Positions 11,927 through 20,420 of a DNA stretch of 64,000 bases are shown piece by piece; positions within the stretch are counted from its first letter, which is position 1, and each line of letters opens with the position of its first letter. Where the stretch lies: assembly GCA_040954595.2 (NCBI GenBank), contig CM082576.2, positions 20,011,028 to 20,075,027 of the forward strand. Direction: 5' to 3'. The translations under genes and the position numbers were made by a program. Source of the stretch: Balanoglossus misakiensis (taxonomy: Eukaryota; Animalia; Hemichordata). A model generated the notes under the pieces. That model was not told the origin of the DNA. It did no database searches and was given only the letters and a program-made list of their open reading frames with translations.

Positions 11927-14900
11927 CAAATTGTGGCTAAAATTGTTATTTTCGTGTTGAATGCCGCCAGTGTCACAGCTTTTAAAAGTCATAAAAACTT
12001 TTAACATACAAGCAATTGTTTATATATGATCAGGTCACCGAATTAAAAAAATAAAGAATGTTTTGCCTAAAAATGACCTTTTTGGTGCAAAAACGAATAA
12101 AACGCAATTTTGTATTAAATCAGCTCATTCACAGTGTATTTTTTATAATCAGCACCATTTTTACATATAATGGAAATTTCATACATCATCAGATATCCAA
12201 ATATGAAAAAAATGATTTAGATTTTAAATGATTGTCCAAAATTAGCTGATATCTAATAAAATGTAGTATTGAACCGTTCTGTCCCCCCCCCCCCTACATT
12301 ATATGCGGTACGCCGATGTCAGCTTACCCGGCAGTACTGCAGGCCGTGCCCCCAACTAACGTCGGTGTTTGAAACGCCCTGGTTAAATTCGGGCTTTCTC
12401 TATAAATGGACAGGCAATAATGCAGTCCTACCCGAACAAATTTCGAGTGTAGACCCGCTGTGACTTTCCCTCTTCGGTTTGCCCAACTTAGTCAACGTCT
12501 TTGTACTAGAGTGTCGGGTCTTTTGCAGAGCCAGGCCGAAGAAATTCCGACTTGATCAACGTTGCTAACAAACGCTAGTGTCTGTCATGGTGTGCCGGGG
12601 TTTTAGTCGAGCCAGGCCGTAGGAGATCTGACTTGATCATCGTGGTCAATGTACGCGTGTTTCCGCTCTAAAGTGCCGGGGCTTCAGCTAAACCAGGCCG
12701 TAGGAAATCCGACGTAATCACCGTTGATAACTTACGCCAGTCTGTGTCATATAGAGCCGGTGCACCAGCCGAGTCACGCCGTAGGAAATCTGACTTGATC
12801 AACGTGGTCAATGTACGCGTGTTTCTGCTCTAGAGTGCCGGGGCTTCAGCTGAGCCAGGCCGTAGGAAACCCGACGTGATTACCGTTGTTAACTTACGCC
12901 AGTCTGTGTCCTATATATAGTGCCGGGGCATCAGCCGTGCCAGGCGGAAGGAAATGTGAGTAGATCAACGTGGTCTCTGTACGCGTGTTTCTGCTCTAGA
13001 GTGCCAGGGCTTTAGCCAAGCCATGCCGTAGGAAATCTGACTTGATCAACGTTGCTAACGAACGCTAGTGTCTGTCATAGTGTGCCTGGGTTTTAGTCGA
13101 GCCAAGCCTTAGGAGATCAGACTTGATCAACGTGGTCTCTGTACGCGTGTTTCTGCTCTGGAATGCCTGCCGGGGCTTTATCCAAGCCATGCCGTAGAAA
13201 ATCTGACTTGATCACCGTTGCTAACGTACGCTAGTGTCTGTCATATTGTGACGGAGATTTAGCCGAGCCAGGCCGTAGAAAAATCGACTTGTTCAACGTT
13301 ACCAGTGTGCAACTGTTTCTGCTCTAGAGTGTCAGGGTTTTAGCCGACTTATGCTGTAGGAAATCTGAGTTGATGAATGGGAATTCAATGTTAGAAAACC
13401 CGTGTGGAAAGTATCTCTACCCGTTTGAAACTAAGAAAAGAATTTATTCTTATTTATTTTGTAAAAAAGACAATTTTTCGAAAAAAAGTCGAAAATGGTA
13501 ATTTTGTCTTGGGTGATTCAAATTATACCGCCTTTTCTGGAATTTGCAGCACTTTTTACAAGAGAACGACACTTCATGCTCCATAATATTTCCGAAAATG
13601 AAGAAAAGAGTTAATTTTTTATGATTTTTTAAAAATTTACCATTTTTGTCAAAATATGGCCAAATGGCTGTTTTTTCTTGAATTCCGTCAATATCTCTGC
13701 ATTTTTGGAGTGATCGAAAGTTTTAACATATAATCAACATGTCATATATGATCAGGGCACCAAATTCGAAGAACAAAGGTTTTTTTTATTTTTTTTTCTA
13801 AAAATGACATTTTCAAGGAAAATTTGGTAAAACGCAATTTTGTCTGCAGTGAGCCAAATTGGCCGTTTTTTGTGGAATTTGTATCGATATATATATACGA
13901 AGAGCATTCTATACTCCATCAGATTTCCGAAAATGTAGAAAACAGGTATTTTTGTAATTTTCAAAAATTTACCATTTTGACCAAATTGTGGCTAAAATTG
14001 TTATTTTCGTGTTGAATGCCGCCAGTGTCACTGCTTTTAAAAGTCATAAAAACTTTTAACATACAAGCAATTGTTGATATATGTGATCAGGTCACCGAAT
14101 TAAAAAAATAAAGAATGTTTTCCCTAAAAATGACCTTTTTGGTGCAAAAACGAATAAAACGCAATTTTGTATTAAATCAGCTCATTCAGACTGCATTTTT
14201 TATAATCAGCACCATTTTTACATATAATGGAAATTTCATACATCATCAGATATCCAAATATGAAAAAATTATTTAGATTTTAGATGATTGTCCAAAATTA
14301 GCTGATATCTAATAAATGTAGTATTGAACCGTTCTGTCCCCCCCCCCCCCTACATTATATGCGGTACGCCGATGTCAGCTTACCCGGCAGTACTGCAGGC
14401 CGTGCCCCCAACTAACGTCGGTGTCTGAAACGCCCTGGTTAAATTCGGGCTCTCTCTATAAATTGACAGGCAATAATGCAGTCCTACCCGAACAAATGTC
14501 GAGTGTTGACCCGCTGTGACTTTCCCTCTTCGGTTTGCCCGACTTAGCCAACGTCTTTGTACTGGAGTGTCGGGTCTTTTGCAGAGCCAGGCCGAAGGAA
14601 ATCCGACTTGATCACCGTTGCTAACGAACGCTAGTGTCTGTCATGGTGTGCCGGGGTTTTAGTCGAGCCAGGCCGTAGGAGATCTGACTTGATCATCGTG
14701 GTCAATGTACGCGTGTTTCCGCTCGAAAGTGCCGGGGCTTCAGCTAAACCAGACCATAGGAAATCCGACGTAATCACCGTTGATAACTTACGCCAGTCTG
14801 TGTCATATAGAGCCGGTGCACCAGCCGAGTCACGCCGTAGGAAATCTGACTTGATCAACGTGGTCAATGTACGCATGTTTCTGCTCTAGAGTGCCGGGGC

Positions 14901-15552
14901 TTCAGCTGAGCCAGGCCGTAGGAAACCCGACGTGATTACCGTTGTTAACTTACGCCAGTCTGTGTCCTATATATAGTGCCGGGGCATCAGCCGTGCCAGG
15001 CCGAAGGAAATGTGAGTAGATCAACGTGGTCTCTGTACGCGTGTTTCTGCTCTAGAGTGCCAGGGCTTTAGCCAAGCCATGCCGTAGGAAATCTGACTTG
15101 ATCAACGTTGCTAACGAACGCTAGTGTCTGTCATAGTGTGCCTGGGTTTTAGTCGAGCCAAGCCTTAGGAGATCAGACTTGATCAACGTGGTCTCTGTAC
15201 GCGTGTTTCTGCTCTGGAGTGCCGGGGCTTTATCCAAGCCATGCCGTAGAAAATCTGACTTGATCACCGTTGCTAACGTACGCTAGTGTCTGTCATATTG
15301 TGACGGAGATTTAGCCGAGCCAGGCAGTAGAAAAATCGACTTGTTCAACGTTACCAGTGTGCAACTGTTTCTGCTCTAGAGTGTCAGGGTTTTAGCCGAC
15401 TTATGCTGTAGGAAATCTGAGTTGATGAACGGGAATTCAATGTTAGAAAACCCGTGTGGAAAGTATCTCTACCCGTTTGAAACTAAGAAAAGAATGTATT
15501 CTTATTTATTTTGTAAAAAAGACAATTTTTCGAAAAAAAGTCGAAAATGGTA

Positions 15553-15659
15553 GTTTTGTTTACACTCACTAGCACTATCCACAGTAAAACACGACACAAC
15601 AATATGTACAGTGTGTGGTCACGTTGCTAGCCGTCCACATTTATTACCCTCCATAGACC
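15553..15659 (-). repeat. Split direct repeat B2 (107 bp)
   Basis: Identical by eye to 16033-16139. Confidence 0.95.
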
Positions 15660-15910
15660 TACATAAGTCTTGAGTTTAATACAAGAAAGTTAATTACTAC
15701 TCGTGAAAGAGAAAAAGCCAGAGTACCATGTAATTGCTAGTAAAAACCTTTACAAAAGTACAATGCGAAAACAAGTGCTGAATACATCTCGCACTAAAAA
15801 CCAGAGAGAAAACCTATCTATTTAATAGGCCAAAAACTCTGGAAAAGCGTTAGATGTTCAGACACACTGACTCTCCACTAAGAACAATAGAATAATACAA
15901 CTCTAAAGAA

Positions 15911-16139
15911 AAAATTAGCCGTGTAGTCACCTTGCCAGCAACGTGTAGACTGACGTTCCGCTAGTGATAGCGCCCTCTATGGCAACAAAACATTACTTTC
16001 GTGTATCTACTACGTGCCTCAAGAAAGTACACGTTTTGTTTACACTCACTAGCACTATCCACAGTAAAACACGACACAACAATATGTACAGTGTGTGGTC
16101 ACGTTGCTAGCCGTCCACATTTATTACCCTCCATAGACC
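15911..16139 (-). repeat. Internal B1-A2 junction (A2 15911-16032, B1 16033-16139)
   Basis: Joins copies of the two element termini (...GAAAGTACAC|GTTTTGTTTACAC...), reproducing the circle junction. Confidence 0.95.
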
Positions 16140-16172
16140 AAAAACAGAAGGGGAATTAGAGAAGAAACGGCT

Positions 16173-17222
16173 TTAAATACCCAGACTCCTTGATACCTTA
16201 AGTAAGCTATCCACGTCGTCTTGAATATACCCATCCTTTGCAGCATCAGATTTCCACCTACCATGTTTCTTAAGCTCTCGGTCACTGACTCCAGCGTGAG
16301 CTGCTGCAGTTGTTCCCCCAATCCTAAAAGAATGTGTCCCAAAACACGAAACGTCTGGAACAACAGCCCCCAACTTCTCTCTAACAATCTCCCTTACACG
16401 GGTATAGCTTAACTTCTTATTTAGGTGGACCAAACTACATTTGCCACCGGATGAAAAAAGTGGTCTAAAAATGAATGCATCCTGATTTGTCACAGGCCCT
16501 AAAAGGGATAGATACTGCTCCAGCTTAGCAACTGGACACGCTGGACCCCCAGTTCTAGCTACATGAACTGAGTTGCCCTGTTTACACTGATCTGTTTTGC
16601 TTTGGCTAACCCAAATGACAACATGGGAAGAACAAATGTAAATATCCTTAAACTTAATATTGACAACATCGCTATATCTAAAAAATCCTGCGTATGCTAG
16701 CAGGATCAAACAAACGTCTCTAACATCTTTTAACAAACGTGAGTCCTTAAACAGTGAAGTAATGTCTTGTAAAATATTACTCGTAACTGGTCGTTTCTTT
16801 TGCACCGGTTTTCCCAGGAGGCGACAGGCTGAAGCCACCAAATTTTGCACAAAAGGATTCTCTGTTGGGGATGGTAACCCTGCCAAATTGTGGGCCCAAC
16901 GAATACCGTAATGTGCAACTTCAACAGATTGCTTAGTTGCCCCCTTATCCAAGCCACACTGAATTAAATTTGAAAAATAAAGGGAAACATGCGCAACCTG
17001 TGCAGGAAAAACAGGAAAGCTAAAACTCTTGGCAAAAGTTGCCCAACGGTGAAAAGCTGCTGCGTAAACTCTGGTTGTTGAATCAGCTTTGGAAGCCATA
17101 GCGAAAACTGGCAGTGCCATAGCCAATCTACTGATCTCCGGACTATCACGTGCTAGGCTGTCAATTTCTTTCCATATTCCAGTGCTGAATACCTCAGTGT
17201 CTGTAATAAACAAAAAGTGCAT
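16173..17222 (-). CDS. Tyrosine recombinase (YR)
   Basis: Intact catalytic set: FFRYSD (R), SKTDQ (K), HSFRIGG (HxxR), HGRW and GYI (Y). The true 5' end may be spliced. Confidence 0.93.
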   Translation of the reverse strand: MHFLFITDTEVFSTGIWKEIDSLARDSPEISRLAMALPVFAMASKADSTTRVYAAAFHRWATFAKSFSFPVFPAQVAHVSLYFSNLIQCGLDKGATKQSVEVAHYGIRWAHNLAGLPSPTENPFVQNLVASACRLLGKPVQKKRPVTSNILQDITSLFKDSRLLKDVRDVCLILLAYAGFFRYSDVVNIKFKDIYICSSHVVIWVSQSKTDQCKQGNSVHVARTGGPACPVAKLEQYLSLLGPVTNQDAFIFRPLFSSGGKCSLVHLNKKLSYTRVREIVREKLGAVVPDVSCFGTHSFRIGGTTAAAHAGVSDRELKKHGRWKSDAAKDGYIQDDVDSLLKVSRSLGI

Positions 17223-17333
17223 TAAATGTCATTACATAGCTAATGCTAGTGTTCCATGTGCACATAACGTGCTTGGACTACAATGATTAGAACATTTGTC
17301 TAATACTAGAGTCCGCCATAACGGCCAGCCAGC

Positions 17334-19514
17334 CTATGAATTGCTGCATAATTTGCATCCACCCGCCGCTGCAGTGCAAAACCCTGCTTTACGTACTCTG
17401 TTTTTTGTCATATAGTCTAGTCTTAGTGCTAGGATTCTAAATCTCAGAGCTTTACCTCCAAAGACTGAGTTTCTCCCCCTGCCCTTGTGAAAAACATTCT
17501 CCCCATTTGGCAAATCTAGCCAATCGTGAACACCATCATTGAAGTGCAGGCCATCTGGGCACACTGCTGGCCAATAATAGGCAGATCTCCACACAGGGAC
17601 CACCATCGTTCCCTTGCCCTTGCACTCTTTCAGATACCTCATTGCCTTACCAATCAAGCACACTGGTGGTAATAACCAGTTATTATCAGATCCCCACAAC
17701 TGGGTAAAAGCATCAACTGCTTCGGTATTTGGACACCAATACCTTGAGTTAAATCGTAAACATTTTGTGTTATACGAACAAGCAAATCTGTCCACTGTAA
17801 ATGGACCCCACAGACAGTTCAGATGGTTAAAAATGTCTGGACTAATCCCCCAGTCATCTGTGTCAACCACTTTACTGATAAAATCAGCTTTCTCGTTCAG
17901 TGATCTGGGAATCCACTCTGGTAGCAGAGAAACTGCGTTGCTTACACAAAAAGTGTAGATCTGAAGTGCTATTTTTTGTAACTCTGGCTTCATGCTGCCT
18001 TTTGCGATAATGCTCACCACATTTTGGTTATCAGTGAACCACTTTACTGTGTGGCCCTGGATGATGTGCGTAATACTGACAAGAATTCTATGAACTGCTT
18101 CAAGTTCACGCCATGTAGAGCTCTTACCTGCTTCGAACTGTGACCAGTTGCCCTGTACAACACAATCCCCATACTCTACTACATAGCCACCGTATCCTGT
18201 GCTAGAAGCGTCTGAGTACACCACTCTTGTGACTTTGGATGTAAACCTCATGGCTACCTCGTTTAAATTTGGTATGTTGTCATGCCAAAACCGCAATTCC
18301 TGAATCGCTTCCATGCCTAATATTACTCTACTACCCCACGATGAACGTGTATTCAATGCAAAAATTAAATGCCTGGTCATCATTAAGACAACATTGCCAA
18401 TGCCAATTCTCGTGGAAATGACATGGCCAATTACCTGGGCCAATTTCCTGGCGTGGACTGGAGTGAAGCTTTTTGATGAACTACAGTTAGACAGCAAATC
18501 GGCCAGTAAACCATGCAATCTTTGCAGACGACGAATGGGTATGAAAAACTTACCTTGTTCCAGGTCAATCTCTACACCTAGCCATTCCAGCTTTTGCACA
18601 GGCTCCCAAACACTCTTACCTTGGTTAATTGCAAGTCCAAATGCTACCAAGTCATGTTCCACCTCATGTGATGCAACTGTGGCAGATTGCAAAGAACTCC
18701 CAGCACCAAGCCCGTCATCTAGGTAAACAACTACTGCCTTACCTTCCCCTCTCCATTTTGCTACTAGAGGGCGTAGTAACTTAGTAAAAACATATGGTCC
18801 TGAAGACAGCCCAAATGGGAGAACACAGAAAATAAAATACCTTCTTGTCCCGTTGAAAACCCAGGAAAACCCCAGAAATTTGCGATGAGCTGGGAAAATT
18901 TCAACATGGTGATAACCTGACTTTAGGTCAAACTTAAACATGAAACTCCCTAGTTCCAAAAACTCTTTTGCAATACTCAAATCTTCACAGCGAAAACTTT
19001 GCTTGAAGATGTGCAAATTAACCTTACGTAAATCTAAAATCAAACGCTCCTTTCCGTCATGATTTAGTGCCACTGAAAGAGGATTGCACACAAATGGAAC
19101 CTCATTGACCTCCTCTATGGCCCCTGAATGCAAAAGCTTGCCGATTTCCGAAGAAACAAAAACACTATTAGAACAAGCCGAGCGATTATTTGATGCGAAT
19201 GATGAAGGAGGCGATGAAAATAGAGGTAACTTGTAACCATATTCAATAAGCTCCAAAATCCAATTTGGCGCGTTAATTTCCCGCCATTTTGCAAGATGAC
19301 GCTTCAAGCCTCCCCTAACGATGACGTCGTCGTGAGGACGACAAATAAAACTCTCCCCTAAAATAGAGGCTTCTTTTGTAAACCCAATTGCATCAGAGAA
19401 ATCTCCCTCCCATGACAATAAAGAGCAATTACAGCCCGAAATATTGCAGGGAACATTGATATTTTGGCCAATACTTAACTTTTCAGCCTGGGTGTCATGT
19501 CGTCCTTGTAATGG
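17334..19514 (-). CDS. Pol: reverse transcriptase, RNase H and Dam-like methyltransferase domain
   Basis: RLILDLR, FDLKSGYHH, LPFGL, YLDDG, YSDASSTGYGG, SSTWRELEAV, TDNQN, NEKADFIS, then DRFA..NTKC.RFNS..DAF..W..NWLLPP. The frame is open back to the gag stop. Confidence 0.93.
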   Translation of the reverse strand, partial: PLQGRHDTQAEKLSIGQNINVPCNISGCNCSLLSWEGDFSDAIGFTKEASILGESFICRPHDDVIVRGGLKRHLAKWREINAPNWILELIEYGYKLPLFSSPPSSFASNNRSACSNSVFVSSEIGKLLHSGAIEEVNEVPFVCNPLSVALNHDGKERLILDLRKVNLHIFKQSFRCEDLSIAKEFLELGSFMFKFDLKSGYHHVEIFPAHRKFLGFSWVFNGTRRYFIFCVLPFGLSSGPYVFTKLLRPLVAKWRGEGKAVVVYLDDGLGAGSSLQSATVASHEVEHDLVAFGLAINQGKSVWEPVQKLEWLGVEIDLEQGKFFIPIRRLQRLHGLLADLLSNCSSSKSFTPVHARKLAQVIGHVISTRIGIGNVVLMMTRHLIFALNTRSSWGSRVILGMEAIQELRFWHDNIPNLNEVAMRFTSKVTRVVYSDASSTGYGGYVVEYGDCVVQGNWSQFEAGKSSTWRELEAVHRILVSITHIIQGHTVKWFTDNQNVVSIIAKGSMKPELQKIALQIYTFCVSNAVSLLPEWIPRSLNEKADFISKVVDTDDWGISPDIFNHLNCLWGPFTVDRFACSYNTKCLRFNSRYWCPNTEAVDAFTQLWGSDNNWLLPPVCLIGKAMRYLKECKGKGTMVVPVWRSAYYWPAVCPDGLHFNDGVHDWLDLPNGENVFHKGRGRNSVFGGKALRFRILALRLDYMTKNRVRKAGFCTAAAGGCKLCSNS

Positions 19515-20249
19515 TCACATCGGACCATTTCCTGAGCCGCTGCTGGTTCCCGCCAAAACTCCTTGTAGTACCCCAGTACTGTTAGAATGTCCCACGGAAC
19601 GGCATTCATGTCTGAAATGTCCGGGCTTTCCACAAGCAAAGCATAGACCGCTACGTACTCTCTTCGCATCCCTATCTCTGATGAACGGCCCTTGGGTACC
19701 AACGGCGGCGTTGTCTGTGTATTGCCCCTGTCGCTCGCGACCTCTGAACTTCTGTTTCTTTTGGCGCTGCTCTTTGGAACGACGGCCTGCTCTCAGCTCA
19801 GCTTTCCAAATACGCTTCTCATCGTCGCTGTCCTCAGCCAACTCATGCGAGCGATATTCCTGCGCTGTTGCCCATCCAAATTCTGAATTTTCCGCCAGCA
19901 GAATCAATTTTTGTCTCTGTCCTATCTCATTAATACCTTCATCAATCTTCTTTAGTGCTCCTTCGTATCTTTTAGCTTCCAACTCCGTTTTGGTCTCCTC
20001 GATGATGTCCAACACCTTGTCGTTGTGCTTATATTGGTCCGCATTAGCCTGCTTTTTGAAGGTCGGGGCTTCTTTGTGTTTCAGACGTTTGAACTCGCCC
20101 ATGACCTCGCGCGCGGTTCCTTCTTGCGCGGTGCTGAGCTCGTTTTTCATAACTTGTAATTTCTGAGTGATAAGCTGATTAATAGAAGTCAGCAACTGCC
20201 CGTTGTTAGCCTGGATGGCTTCAGAAATGGTTGAAGACTGGTCTTCCAT
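19515..20249 (-). CDS. Gag-like protein with CCHC zinc knuckle
   Basis: First plausible ATG gives MEDQSS; RQKLILLAENSEFGW..EY...ELAEDSDDEKRI motif typical of YR-element Gag; CFACGKPGHFRHEC. Confidence 0.88.
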   Translation of the reverse strand: MEDQSSTISEAIQANNGQLLTSINQLITQKLQVMKNELSTAQEGTAREVMGEFKRLKHKEAPTFKKQANADQYKHNDKVLDIIEETKTELEAKRYEGALKKIDEGINEIGQRQKLILLAENSEFGWATAQEYRSHELAEDSDDEKRIWKAELRAGRRSKEQRQKKQKFRGRERQGQYTDNAAVGTQGPFIRDRDAKRVRSGLCFACGKPGHFRHECRSVGHSNSTGVLQGVLAGTSSGSGNGPM

Positions 20250-20298
20250 GTTGATGGGAACCAAGATCGCCGAAATAAGTGACCGAACACGAAGCGCG

Positions 20299-20420
20299 AA
20301 AATTAGCCGTGTAGTCACCTTGCCAGCAACGTGTAGACTGACGTTCCGCTAGTGATAGCGCCCTCTATGGCAACAAAACATTACTTTCTTGTATCTACTA
20401 CGTGCCTCAAGAAAGTACAC
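20299..20420 (-). repeat. Split direct repeat A1 (122 bp)
   Basis: Matches 15911-16032 with one visible mismatch. Confidence 0.95.

Larger units (their letters stand above)
15553..20420 (-). mobile_element. DIRS-order tyrosine-recombinase retrotransposon with split direct repeats (PAT-like), apparently intact
   Basis: Minus-strand layout A1-gag-RT/RH/MT-YR-B1-A2-spacer-B2, with no TSD. Excision restores the satellite AATGGTA|ATTTTGTC. Split repeats plus a methyltransferase-like domain fit PAT-like rather than Ngaro or ITR-type DIRS1. Confidence 0.93.

Noticed and set aside
11615-12007. 130-aa ORF spanning satellite and LTR
   Set aside because: It crosses the insertion junction, so it is a chance fusion of non-coding sequences.
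12172-12198. Hammerhead-like CTGATGA-TGTAT-GAAA on the minus strand of each unit
   Set aside because: No stem II pair, and the sequence after the putative cleavage site cannot form stem I. The motif is simply the end of an AT monomer.
12235-12335. Spliced-leader-RNA-like layout on the minus strand (G|GTAAGC in a hairpin, AATTTTGG ~90 nt downstream)
   Set aside because: The Sm-like word is part of the AT monomer, a variable poly-G run intervenes, and no known leader matches. It would need the upstream sequence on mRNA 5' ends.
12321-12490. Patchy resemblance to U1 snRNA (CTTACCCGGCAG, AATGCAGTCC, GTGTTGACCCGCTGTGACTTTCCC)
   Set aside because: Spacing is ~45 nt too long, loop I GATCACGAAG and the Sm site are missing, and stem-loop III cannot pair. 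An Rfam scan would settle it.
14631-14889. 27-aa periodic ORFs on both strands of the 81-bp array
   Set aside because: 81 is a multiple of 3, but the frames hit TAG in CTCTAGAG and a 4-bp TATA insertion breaks them. No start or splice context and no recognisable domain.
19444-20166. 240-aa antisense ORF over gag, and other antisense ORFs in the retroelements
   Set aside because: Shadow frames of coding sequence with no motifs.
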